Shown here in pieces: positions 13,461-26,174 of a DNA stretch of 64,000 nt. A program made the translations under genes and the position numbers. The notes under the pieces were generated by a model. It was not told the origin of the DNA. It did not search any database and saw nothing but the letters and a program-made list of their open reading frames with translations. Source of the DNA: Octopus vulgaris (Eukaryota); NCBI GenBank assembly GCA_951406725.2, contig OX597824.1, forward strand, positions 66,402,001-66,466,000, written 5' to 3'. Position 1 is the first letter of the stretch. Every line of letters starts with the position of its first letter.

Positions 13461-15844
13461 GTTTCTTTTTTCATTGAAACAGAAATTAAGATTTTGTTTC
13501 ACAACTTGTTTTTCATGCCATTGCAATCTTCAGGTGAGAACTGATATATAGTCATTTATTCATCTATTTCAAGTTTATTTAGAATTATCTCTTGATATTT
13601 GCATTGTTATATTTTTCATAAAGTATCTTGCTGCATTTTAATGAGGTTTAACACATGATTTTAATTTTAAAAAGTTGTTGGATTAAAATAACAAAAATCA
13701 ATCACAATGCATCAATTGATTACCAGAGAAACCTGACAGAAAACAATATTTGAAACAGACAACATGTAATTTATAAATATTAATTATAGTTGCTATTGTT
13801 TAATTCCATGTTAGTCTTAATTCAGTAGATCTGTGATCAAAAAGGAGGTCCCACCACATCACACCCACCCTTTTTTTTTAGATATCAAAAACTACATTGT
13901 CCAATGTTACCTTTCTTAGTTATTTGACTTTTTTAAAATAATTATTGTATTCACAGCATAGACATGGATGTCTAGTTAAGGAATTTACTTTGCAACCTTG
14001 TAGTATCAGGTACAGTTCCACTGAGTGGTACCTGAGGCAAATGTCTTCTAATTATAGCCCTGAGCCAACCAAGCCTTGGGTGAATTTGGTTGATGGAAAT
14101 TGTGTGGAAGCTTGTCATGTATGTGTGTTTGTGTATACATGTATGCATCTTTTGTCTGTCTCCTACCACTGCAAGACAACTGGTGTTGGTTTATTGAACT
14201 GCTAAATTCAACAAAAAAAGTTCGATAGAATAAGTACTAGACTTACAAATAATTAAAATAATTATAGGGGTCAATATGTTTAACTAAAATCTTTCATGAT
14301 AGTGCCCCAGCATGGCCACAGTCCAATGACTGAAACAAGTAAAAGATAAAAATTTAATAAATCTGATTCATGGTGTGTTTTCTTTTTTTTTTTTTTTTTA
14401 ATTTTTAACAACCTGAAAAACTTACAAGACACATGGTACTTAAAAAAATTTCTTGACAGACTCGTGCAGTTCTTATTTTCAAGACTGTTTGAGAAAATTT
14501 CTAGCTGCAACAAATTCAGTTAGGCTGACACGGTTGGTGTGTCCAAAGAAATGGAGTGGAAAGAGTTTGCAGAGAAGAAAAGCGTTGCAAGGAAATGATA
14601 AAATATCTTTGGAATACACTTCTGGTAACCTATTAAATGATTGAATTATTCACTAAAGAAATATTCCTGCCATTTTGCTCTTAATTTGAAAACTGCTAGA
14701 GGCGCTTTTAGAAAGATCAAAGCAAGCTGCAGATTGATAATGCGAAATATTGCTAAAGTAACATTTCATAGAGTTTCATGCAAGATATGCCATGTGTTTT
14801 TGGAAATTCATTAGAAATATTGTAATTTATGTGTATTTTGAGGTAACTTGATTTGTCTTGCTCTGCAAAATATTATATTCAAACTAATGATTAAAAAAAA
14901 AATTAAGAAAAACATGGCTTATAGAGACAACTTTTAATAGGCTATTGTACTAAATAAAATATTTGATACGTCTCTTACACACACACACACACAGCTAGGT
15001 TGCTGAGTATATTATTAAAGTTATTTTTTTTTAATGCAGTAGAATTTATGAACGAAGTTATTTTAATAATATGAAAAACCAATTTGTTTTAACAGATCAA
15101 TGAGAGTAAATGACAGACAGAAATTGTGAAACTGTGACAGTGTGCTTGTGTGCGAAAGACGGAGAGAGAGAGAAGGAAAGACAAAAAGAGTGTGAGGCAG
15201 AAAATGTGTGTGCGTGAGTAAGACAGATCAAGAGAGAGAAAGATAGAGTGTAAAGAGAGAGCGAGTGACACAGAAAATGTGTGTGCGTAAGACAGATCAA
15301 GAGAGAGTATAAAGAGAGAGAGAGTGAAACAGAAAAATGAGGAAAGAGAAGAGAAATAGTTCGAGAGTGTAACGGAATGAAAGAGAAAACAAGAGTCAGT
15401 GTGACACACACACACACAGAGAAAAAACTGAGGAGTGAGAGAAGATGAGGGAAGGACGACAGAATGAATTAATTGAACGACAGTATAGGGAAGGAAAAAA
15501 ATGTGCGCGAGTCTTAAAATGCTACTATACTGTTGTTCTGTTGTTATATGGAGAATAAGTAAAATTGCAATAATGTCGTGTGGAAACAGCACTATGTGAA
15601 CGTATGGAATGGATGGTTGCTACCTGTGACGAGAAATGACAGATACAAACGGACAAGGAGGGAAGATGGTGGTGGGGGGACCAAATAGAGATAGAGGGGA
15701 AAACAACACTGCTAATAACAGCAGCAGCAGCAACAACATCGTCATTAGTATTACTACCAACGTTAACAACAGCAACATCAGACTTTTCAAGTTTAATGGC
15801 CAATGCGACATCTTGCGTCACGATAAGTCTTCTTTAGACAGGTT

Positions 15845-16510
15845 GTTGTTGTTGCGGTTTAACCCCAGGTCAGGTCTGATCAAACAAACCTACGATCGAA
15901 TGACATTCCAGTGGTGACCGACCATCCAGTATGTTTTATATCCCCAGCTACAATGCATCTAGAATTACATTATCCAATGAGTCTTTTTTTTTTTTATTTT
16001 AAGACGGTCGAGTTTTTGTTTGAGAATGATTTGACTGCTATTTCTAGTATATTGTGCGGCCACGTCGAAGCTCCTTTCAACCAAAAATGAGATTGAAAAT
16101 TACAAATGTAGACTGACAGTTATTGTTACGAACTTCATCGATATTTTTAATTTAAAATAACCCTTCAATACACATAAATATACAATTACGCGCTAAAGAG
16201 AGAGCTTCTGCATAGTCGTCCGACCTGCAATAAATAACTGCCAAATCTCCCCTCAGTGTGCCCTATCGTCTTAAGACGAGGATACACTGGATAACGTAAT
16301 CTTTGATATATCAAAAAGATAGTCATGGCTGGAATACCCTGGATTATAAGTGCTCAATCGAAGTTGACCGCGGATTAAATAACGCCAACAATAAGTAAAG
16401 CATTGACTGGATATAATATATCTGGGTATAAGACGGGATGGTCACCGTTGAAACACTTTTGATCAAAGGTCTGCAAGGTTAGAGCGGTTCTGGGGCGAAA
16501 CGAGCACTCA
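15845..16510. repeat. Copies of a ubiquitous 150-200 bp dispersed repeat (…GCTAGAAATAGCAGCCAAATCTCCCTCAAATCAC…GATCATAGGTCTGCT…GGGGCTAAACAACAAC)
   Basis: About 20 diverged copies across the window, e.g. 1370, 10880, 13800, 17090, 18540, 30140, 46010, 51130, 56200, 63605. Confidence 0.75.
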
Positions 16511-19216
16511 CAAGAAAGAAAAGGAAAAAGTGACAGAACATAACCGCTCACTTTTCCCTGAGATTAACTAACTACAAAAATGGATTAATATTATTACATT
16601 CCCTCATATCGTTAGCAAATGTTCAGTATACATATATCAATCACATTTAGTTTGGCTAATCTGGGATCGAACGACAAACACATGTTTACAGCTTGAAACA
16701 GTGAAACATGTTCAATATGAAGACTTACTATGTATGAAAGAAAAGAATAAAACATGAGGACTCGATTTATTTCATTTTATTTTTCCATCTCTTAATTGGG
16801 TACTTACTCATTGTAATATTAAGCACTTTTTGCTAATGCAATGTTCTGCTTTGTTTAGAAAAATTTTAAACGCTTTTGCCGATCAAGCCTTGATTAAACA
16901 CCAACAAATTTAACTCGCGAACTTTATAGATGGGTTCGAAAGAGTTTGGATGGAAAAATGTAAAAAAGAAACCTTGATTTCCAACTGGATCATCTGAGAA
17001 ATATATATAACTTTCCGATTGTGACGTAAAATCTGCAGATAGATAAATTCCTTTAAAACGTTATTAGCAACTTAGATGAAGGTCACCACGCACAAATCGC
17101 ACCCTAAAAAAAGGGTAAAGATATAACAGATAATGATGTAATCGAGAATATATAAAAAAAAAAAAAAAGACGGGATGGTCACTGACGGAGTGTGTTTGAT
17201 CATAGGTCTGCTAGATTAAGACTGACATGGGGGAGGGGCGAAACAACAACAGCAATTTCAAGGGGAACAAAAAAAGTAATTTATAGAAAGGGAGTTGGAA
17301 ATGGATTCGGCTGTGGCAATATCATAAGTGGAAGACAAAAAAAGTCTTGTGACAAGTTCAAACGCAATATTCTTGGATTTCTTTGTATTTTGTTTTGACG
17401 TTTATACTTTTTTGTCTTCAATAAACAATGTTAAATTTTTCTTTTAATTCTCCCTCAACAAACATCTTGTTCACTACAGAGGAAATTATAATAAAAATTT
17501 GAAAGATGGATGGCATCCAGCATAATGTTTATGGTTTTTCAATATAGTTATATTAGTGTTTGTTGCTGGTAGATGATGGGAGTGATACTAATGTAACTAC
17601 TACTACTACTACTTATAGTAGTAATAGTAGTAGTAGTATTCGTAATTGCATTGGTAATAATAGTGTGGTGGTAGTAGTAGTAATGGTGATATTGGTTGGA
17701 GATGAAAAAATACACACACAGGGTTTCAGTGACATGGGCAGAGGCACCGGCACCAAAATTATCACTAGCACAGCATAGTACTGACCTGGCTAGCACTGAC
17801 GGTCGAGGAGGTTAACACCAATAAAGATGTGAGCAGTAGAGAATAGACAGGTGATTCGATCATTCGATACGATTTTAAAGAGATGATAAGGAACTAGAAA
17901 ACTCACCATCTTCATATGCTATACGAGGTGTGAAATAAATGAAAATATATACATATATATGGTGTCTCATAATGATGGAACATATTTTATTTTACAAATG
18001 CACCTCTTTCAGTCCTAGTTACTTGCATTTAAAATTTGTCCAAATACTACGACACCCAGTGTGTGTGTGTGTGTGTTTGCACGCACATACAAACGCAGTA
18101 CGCGCGCACACGCACACAAGAGATACATGTACATGTCACAAACCAAAACATACAAGATGACCACCATAAGAGACACACCCACAACAGACAGATGATACTA
18201 CAAACATCTACCAGGCACACATCAACGCCATAGCAATCAATCACCTTTACAACTACCGACTAATAATTAGCATAGTTTACGAAAGAAGATGATCACCTAT
18301 AAGGGTCGTCGTAGTGCCGGCTCATGAGAGCTGACATACAGTCGATGTTTTGGGGGATCATATGAGCATTGCGCCAAAACACTAAAAAGACGGTGTATAT
18401 GTGTGTGAAAAATAGAGAACATGCATGCGTGGGGATCTAAAAGACAATGTAAATGTGGGAGGATTATGCATGAATTCCTATTTGTAAGGACTAGGGAGAA
18501 AAAATACTCTATATTCGTATGTATGTAAAAGAAATTGTTATGTTTTCGTTGTAAAGGCCCAAGTCAGCTCTGAATGAACAGACTTGTGATGAAAGTCGTG
18601 ATATTTTCGTCTTTTGTATTTTTATTTTATCATATATAAAACTACATTAACTAAAGTGTACATTTTTTTTAGAAAGAGAGGATATGAAGAGCTGTCAACT
18701 ATTTGTAGCAGGTCGAATTAGGAATGTGAGGAATATTAATTTGAATATGTGTATGAAAAGATACGCTTAGTGTTTTAATATTTTTCAATTTCATTTTTGG
18801 GACTACGCTGTGTGTGTGTGTGTGTATGTTGCTATTGCTTGTGTCATAGATGTGTGTTTTTATATATCGAAATATATGAGAGTGGGCCAGGAACATGACT
18901 ATGTGTGCATTTGTTAGTTTGTGTGTTTACATCAGAAAAATGACTAAACAAGTTGCGTGTACGTTAGTAATTCTGTTGGTCTGCGTCAGTTTTAGAACAT
19001 TGGGCTTTTGGGGTTCATGTATGCATATTGGGGTGTGTACGTTCTTATGTGTCGCTATGTAGGTGTATATCTTACACGATAATTAACTGTACGTGTATAT
19101 AGGCGAATAAGTGAGTACACGAGTATGATATATCTACATGCCTATGGCTGTAAACATATACATGATTACGTATCCTATAAACATGTCACTATATATATAT
19201 GTAAACACACACTTCG

Positions 19217-19284
<68 letters not shown>

Positions 19285-19285
19285 A

Positions 19286-19317
<32 letters not shown>

Positions 19318-20067
19318 TGTGTTTCGGTTTGAATATGTGTATATATGTGTAAGCGTTTATATGAATATGTAACCACACGTATGTCTCGAGTGTGGTGTGT
19401 AGGAACGCATGTCTCTTATGTGAAACTATGTATAGGAGTATTTTTACAGGTTTATGCAATACATAAACACTGCTGTTCGAACAAGACAAAACTGTAATAA
19501 TGTATTACAGACACGCAGCATGAGCTTTTGAGATGAAGGTTGAGACATTTATGCTTTTGTCATAGGACAATGTATCATGTGAGAAAGAGATATAAACAGT
19601 AACCCGGGTTGCGGGATCACTTCAGTTTAATATAGGTACAAACCCTCAGAATTATAAACGAGACACGGTTGATGCTAGGTAGTTTCATTTATTCTTTTTT
19701 GGCTGTTGCAGAGAAGAAACTAAATAAGAATCCACATTTCTAGTAAGAAAAAAATAAAGAGAACTAGAGTTGGTAAAAACAGGCTGACCACAGAACAAAC
19801 AAATATCAGCGACAGTCAGTTTTTCGTTTTCCTTCAAATTTTCCATATGATATCAATGGTGAAAAGGAAGCCGAATAATCACATGACAGATGAGTGAGAG
19901 GAGAAAACAAAAATCTCCCCACAAATCTTCCAGTTTCTCATTTCCCGGAGACAGACGAGAAATGAATGGGTTAAATGTAATAATATATATATTTATGCGG
20001 ACTGGCTATAAAGAGAGAAAGTATGAGCTACAAATGTCAGCGGCTAGTTAAAAAGCTGACCACTTAC

Positions 20068-20186
20068 CTCGGGACACAACTGGGCGATGATTTCTCTATT
20101 TCCCGTGTAGCAAACAATTTCATGGGTACGGGTTTTGTGCCTGACATGACTGTCAGTCCTTTAGAATATTTAGAATCCGCCATCAT
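20068..20186 (-). CDS. PACS2: First coding exon of a PACS-family (PACS1/PACS2-like) gene, [40 protein letters not shown]
   Basis: [22 protein letters not shown] matches the PACS furin-binding-region N-terminus (human PACS2 [22 protein letters not shown]). It ends at a canonical phase-2 donor AG|GTAAGT at 20068. No exon 2 (LCSLTL...) was found in 1-20067, so intron 1 probably exceeds 20 kb. The PACS1/PACS2 split is vertebrate, so the symbol is approximate. Confidence 0.9.
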
Positions 20187-20189
20187 CTT

Positions 20190-20290
20190 GGCTAGATCAA
20201 CGACTGGCGCATGCGCACTTCGACTCGCTCGCTCGCCTGCATTCACACAACTGAGCAGAAGGCGGATAACGGATTGGACTTCTCTTATAC
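20190..20290 (-). promoter_or_regulatory. PACS promoter/5' UTR with an NRF1/EWG-type palindrome GCGCATGCGC (20207-20216)
   Basis: CpG-rich stretch immediately upstream of the PACS ATG; GCGCATGCGC is the NRF1 consensus. Confidence 0.55.
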
Positions 20291-21184
20291 TCCTACTAGT
20301 TTGTTTTTCTTTTTACTTTCTACGGATGATCAAATTTGCAATAATTGCTTTATCGCTTTTTATTTTTCCTTACTATTTTTTTATAGCCTTTCACTTCATC
20401 AGTCTTAGGTTTTCTTTTATAATTGGGGTATCTAAGTAAAGAAAAATAACTTTGCAAAAACACTGGAAAAAAAGGATAAACCTAAATTACCATAGTTTTT
20501 TTCTTTTTTTTTATAGCTGTCAGTTACTTTTGAGTACGTTTGTATATTACTGGGCTTATTTCACACTTTTCCAGTTTTTAAAACCTTAAAATTAAAGGGG
20601 CGTATTATACACAAAAACTAGTTTAGTACAAAAGAAATTGTGAGTTTGTATATATATATATATATACATAACTGCCACCTCTGAAGAATGCAGGGTTACG
20701 TTATCAGGCTGTTACCTAACACTGCCAAACCCCTAGCGTGAAACTGATTGGTAAAGATCAGCTGTAATGGATATATGATACTGTACACATCGATTAATAT
20801 ATTCACACTCTTAACAAATATACGAGTACACATTTTTTCTAACTTATAGATTCTTAGACAATGTGTATATATATATGTAGGGACCTCACTTGGCTCTGCC
20901 TGAGATACAAAACCAAATCCACTTGCTTGTTACTTGTCTAGCCAGTGAAGGCTAGCTGACTGAAACTTAATATATATATATATGTGAGCTGGCAGAGTTT
21001 CTACAGCTGGATACCCTTCCTAATGCCAACCACACCGAGAGTGTAGTGGGTGCTTTTGCACGCCACTGGTACAAGGGCAAGTCAGGTAGCTCTGGCAATG
21101 GCCATGCTCGAATGGTGTTTTTTACGTGCCACCTGCACAGGAGCCAGTCCGGTGGCACTGGCAACGACCGCGCTCGAATGTTAT

Positions 21185-21217
<33 letters not shown>

Positions 21218-21665
21218 TACATATGCATATATGGGTACAGAACGTCATCAAAGACAAGCATGAAATACAAAAACAAATGACTTCAATATGCAAACAATGA
21301 CAGAAACAAATAGAAAATAGGACAAGTAACATGAAGAATGACTCTTCATCAATTGTCAGTTGTCTATCTAAAAATTCTTCAGTGGCCAGCTATATAGGCT
21401 TAGTGATACAATCAGGAAAAGAGAGCTCAAAATATGAGTATATATTCGTTTCTTATCAATAATTTGCGGAAGTTTCAGAGTGACTCACTGATAATGTTTC
21501 ACTCTGAGAAGTGCCAAGACATGAGTTTCATGCAATGGCACTTAAACTCTTGGCCCTTGAGCCACTCTGTAACTTCTGCCAATTATTAATAAAAAACATA
21601 TCTATCTATCAATCCAGCTATCTATCTATCAATTTATCTGTCTATCTATCAATCTATCAATAGTG

Positions 21666-22540
21666 AGAATTTAAAAAAAACAAAAGACAAAGACAGGTGT
21701 GTAAACAACAAACAGATGTATTAGTTTAACACTCAGGAAGTGAGAAGGTCTTTTACGTTTTGAGCCTATGCTCTTCAACAGAAAGGAACACAGAAATAAA
21801 CAGGGAGAGAAAACAGAAAAAGGTTTAGTGGCTAGCAATCTATCATGGCGAATGCCAGACAGAGGGGTCACACAGGTGAAGGGAGAGTGTGGAAGGGAGA
21901 AGGTGGGTAGGAGTGAAGAGAGAAAGTAGGTGTCAGAGTAAGAGAGGGGAGATGGGTGGAAGGAAGTAGGTGTGAGAGGAAGAGAGGAGATAGGAGGAGG
22001 GTTAGATGAAGAGGAGAAGAGAATTGAGCCCATGTGGTGCAAAGGACTGAAGAGAGAAGATTAATCTCTGCTCATGGTGAAGACACAAGTCCAGATGGCC
22101 ACTGTGCAAGGAGAATCCGAACATAGACAGGGGTTATAAAGAGTGACTGGTAGAGCGGAAATGGCATGAGACCAGGGTGTCGTTGCCGAGTCGGATGTCT
22201 CAAAGGTGTTCCACATACCAGTCAGCCAAGCAGCATCCCATTTGACCGATGTATAAAGGTCAGAGAGAGCAAGAGATGCAGTAGATGACATTCTTAGAAG
22301 TGCAGGTGAAGGAGGCAGTGATATGATAGGGTCGATGATGGGTGCCTGTGAAAAGGGTGGTGTAAGGGCAAGTGTGGTAGTGTGTCGGTGGGATCAGGGG
22401 AATGAGCTGGTTTGGGAGGTCTGGTTAGGGAAGAAGCTGTGGACCAAGAGGTCTCATATGTTATGGGCTCATTTGAAGGAGGGGAGATGTGCTAAGTGGA
22501 GGGGTCGGACTGGAATCGCCGGAAGGCTTGGAGAATGCTA
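21666..22540 (-). mobile_element. Penelope-like element 3' part: GIY-YIG endonuclease remnant plus pseudo-LTR
   Basis: The minus strand reads FTCTSKNVIYCISCSL*PLYIGQMG...HFRSTSHS...EQRLIFSLQSFAPHGLN. A degenerate hammerhead motif lies at 21748-21786. Confidence 0.85.
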
Positions 22541-22544
22541 CATT

Positions 22545-23270
22545 GGAGTCCTAATAAGTAGGAAGGCAGGCAAACCACAAATCCCTTCAGGTAGATGGCC
22601 CTGCTCAATCTGTAGAAATGGTGTAGGTAGAAATTCTATAAGATGTACCCAGTGTAAGCCATGGACACATAAGAGGTGCAACAATATCAAAGCCCACTTA
22701 TAACCAGCCCACTTATGCATTCCTTTCCTTCATTGGACACTAAACTGCTTGTGAAGACCTGTAGAGGCAAGTGAAATTGGAATCAAAATTGAAATCAAAT
22801 TTGATGACTGGCATCCATGCTAGTGGAGCGCTAAGAGCACCATCCGAGCATGATTGTTGCCAGAGTAGCTAACCGGCTTCCATGCCGGTAGCACGTAAAA
22901 AGCACCATTCAAGCATGATCGTTACCAGTATCGCCTTACTGGCATTTGTGCCAGTAGCAATTGAATAAAACATTAAAGCGAGGTTGTTGCCAGTGCCACT
23001 GGACTGGCTCCTGTGCAGGTGGCACATAAAAAACACCATTTGAGCACGGCTGTTGCCAGTACCACCTGACTGGCTCTCGTGCCGGTGGCACGTAAAAGCA
23101 CCCACTACACTCTCGGAGTGGTTGGCATTAGGAAAGGCATCCAGTTGTAGAAACTCTGCCAGATCAGATTGGGGCCGGGTGCAGCCATCTGGTTCACCAG
23201 TCCCCGGTTAAATCGCCCAACCCATGCTAGCATGGAAAGCGGACGTTAAACGATGATGGTGATGATGATG
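22545..23270 (+). mobile_element. RTE-type LINE fragment plus 3' UTR with about 60-bp tandem units and a (GAT)n tail
   Basis: GRWPCSICRNGVGRNSIRCTQCKPWTHKRC is a Cys/His motif seen in RTE-like ORF2. Ends GGACGTTAAACGATGATG. Related 3' ends at 20985-21180, 31045-31282, 32175-32380, 32993-33260 and 57643-57955. Confidence 0.75.
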
Positions 23271-23619
23271 ACTGCAATTATTTTAGCACCAGCCTACAGT
23301 GCAGATTATACATGTGTATTATTTTTTTCCAAAACCTCTTCATCTACTATTAGTGGTATACCTGTTATACACTAGTGCCTATTATACATCAATAAATATG
23401 TTTTCTTATTTAGATCTATTAACAAGTTTCTCAGTTGTTGTCATAGTAGGAAATACAGACGTTGCACAGCCATAAAGGACTAAAATGACATAATTCATTT
23501 ACTTTCATATTACTCCGGTAATATCATATAAATTTACATGGCCAATATATAACACAATACACTAAACTAAATATTCTACTGTTCAGTATTATATTCCGTG
23601 TATAGCTCCTTTCCATGCA

Positions 23620-24010
23620 GATTCATGTTTTTATGTGGTTTATATTAATAACACAGCTATTTGTCTTCTCAGTTTTGCTGTAATAAGACAAGGTGATATC
23701 ACCTTTAAAAGTGAGAGCTACAGATCCATTTAACATGCAAGACTTTCACTTTTGCAGAACTGTACTTATTTGCAATCTTGCTGTCTGGAAATATTTTGTC
23801 AACAGGGGACTCAAATTGTCATTGATTTTCGTAGAAATGTTATGCTGAGTCATGAAGATTTCAGCTTTAAACCTCCACATTTATGATCAAAATTTGTGTA
23901 TAAATTGAAGCTTTCATTAAAGCTTTCATATTCATGGATAGTAACTGTTACTGTATTTTACCTTATCAGCCAAACGAGCATCATGACAAATAGCAAATAT
24001 AATCTTTTCT
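23620..24010 (-). mobile_element. hAT transposase remnant
   Basis: AEIFMTQHNIS...IFPDSKIANKYSSAK..CMLN (the hAT FPDSKIA motif), with frameshifts. Confidence 0.6.
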
Positions 24011-24169
24011 GAATCTGCTATTTCAGTATTTCTTTGGTGCATTATTATGGCAACATGTCAAATGATGTCCTTCGTGCTCTGATACATAAAGTCTATGTTT
24101 TGCAAACACACACCTCACAAACAACCTTTATGCTGCACACTTATAGAAGTTTAAGTATATTGTGACCAT

Positions 24170-24740
24170 TACAAATGGTGGGGGTGCAAAAGGCTGAACT
24201 GGATGTTAGTATTGCAGCTACTATTACAGTTATGCCCCAGCTTCAGCATTTGATCCTCAAAAGAGGAGAGGTCGATAAGAAAGCTAAATTTGTTATCTTC
24301 AATTTGGTTTTTGTGCTTATCCTCACCTATAATCATGAATGTTGGGAATGACCAAAAGGTATAATAGTGTACACAAGTGGCTGAAATGGAGTTCCTCTGA
24401 AGGATTTCTAGAGTAACATTATTCAACATGACGCATAGCTCAGAGATCAGAGAATCTCTCCAGACTGAGCTACTACTTCTCTGTATTGAGAAATCTCGGC
24501 TCCAGTACTATGAATATGTGGTGAAAATGTCACAGGAAAGGATCACAAGACAGATTCTTTAAGATGAGACAACCAGCAGGAAACTTAGTGGTAGACTGTG
24601 AACAAGGTGGGTGGATAATACCCAGTCTTAGCTGGTCATGCTTGGGAATCCAGTAACAAAGTTTAATGACAATTGTTATTGATATAACCCTATGGAGGAG
24701 ATACCTGAAGACCACACCCTCCATAGCCCTCCCTGGAATG
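24170..24740 (+). mobile_element. RTE LINE ORF2 C-terminal remnant
   Basis: ILTYNHECW...VQVAEMEFL*RISRVTL...SSEIRESL..ELLLLCIEKSRLQ...TRWVDN. Confidence 0.75.
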
Positions 24741-25614
24741 TGAACATCAAAAATGGATGGATGGATGTTTGCTTTGGATTGAATTCCATCCATACCAGCT
24801 TTAGTTGGTGCAAGTTTTGCGAAATTAACCTCCATTACTTTGCTACCAGAGATTCCTCCAATGTTCTGTCACATATATATGCCTAGAAGTATTTTGATTT
24901 CAATTGCACATTCAACATGATTTCTTATACATTAAAAAGTAAACTTTGTTTAAACCAATTACAGCATGCCATTTTTTTCCCCCGCATATTTCAGAATGAA
25001 CCAAAAGTTAGACCAAATCAATATTCTACTGGCAATGTTCCACAAAGGGACAATGAAACATGATAAAACATCATAAATAATGGAGAATTTCTAAAATGCA
25101 ATAAATTTTGTCAAATTATTTGAATGCATGAAGAGATGATGAATGCTGCTGGAAATTCTCATACAATGCAGGAAGGTTAACAAACCTGTAATTTCATTCA
25201 TATCCTGCATGCTTTATGGTATTATTAAATTGATCTCAGTACTTGCCTAGTGCTTTGTTTTTGATGGTGTTTAGTAACAATCTTTGTGTTATGAGCTCAA
25301 ATCCTACCAAGGTCAAGTTTGCTTTCTATCTTTCTGGAGGCATAAAATAAATTTCCTGTCAAATCGTAGATAAGATTATATTACTATAATGCCTATTAAA
25401 TGTCAATGGAAATATAATGAACTTTTATGAATTAATCAACACTGCTTTCCACCAGATTACTCTACAATTACTCATCTACTGTCTTATCTAGACACTTGGA
25501 CAAAAGAAACAGATAATAATAACACTATATATATTTTCTACATTTACACACTAAAAAACATACATTACTGTTAGTCACAGCACATTCATACAAATAATGC
25601 AGTAATATCATTTT

Positions 25615-25835
25615 AATGCATAAATGATAGGATGGGTTAAAGATTATCTGACAGGATTTAGTTTGTTCGTATTGAATACCATTCTTCAACATCTTTAAGT
25701 TGAAGAGATGTTCTGCAAGGTAATCTTTTGGGCCCTGTTCTTTTTCTCATTTATATCTATGATATCATATCAGTTATCAGACCAGCCCCTTAAAAATTAA
25801 GTGCAGATAATGTTAAATTATATATTTCTAGTCCT
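25615..25835 (+). mobile_element. CR1/Jockey-type reverse transcriptase fragment
   Basis: VLQGNLLGPVLFLIYIYDI...SADNVKLY resembles GVPQGSVLGPLLFLIYINDL...FADDVKLY. Confidence 0.7.
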
Positions 25836-26174
25836 AGTCAAAAAATGATTCCAATGGAAGAATTAAAAAACAAACAAACAAAAAACTTTATTATACTTGA
25901 TTATGACAATAACTGCTCTCTTGTGAAACGAGATGGGAGCTTCTATAAGGTTGTTAATCCATCTGCTTGAAATAACAACTAAATATTTCCAAAATCACAC
26001 ATTACCATCTTGAAATAGGAAAGATACACAGGGGGTTGCAATTGTATGCATGTATGTATGTATGTATGTATGTATGTATGTATGTATGTATGCATGTATG
26101 TATGCATGCATGTATGCATGCATGTATGCATGCATGTATGTATGCATGTATGTATATTATATATTATATATATT

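Noticed and set aside
13485-13540. Minus-strand CTGAAGA...GAAAC motif
   Set aside because: Stem III mismatch and no stem I.
20023-20439. 138-aa plus-strand ORF
   Set aside because: Antisense shadow of PACS exon 1 plus T-rich sequence; no recognisable homology.
21448-21597. 40-bp inverted repeat with GAAAC-TCAT-GTC inside
   Set aside because: The inverted repeat is real and probably PLE debris, but there is no CUGANGA in the correct position.
23962-24078. Apparent 117-nt minus-strand exon with an in-frame TGA (possible readthrough or Sec)
   Set aside because: It adjoins an FPDSKIA hAT transposase remnant, and FAICHDAR resembles hAT FSIxHGGR. Decayed transposon is the simpler explanation.
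24818-24925. Minus-strand segment ...LLGIYM*QNIGGISGSKVMEVNFAKLAPTKA|GTATGG
   Set aside because: In-frame TGA or a phase mismatch; it cannot be joined confidently to the exon chain.
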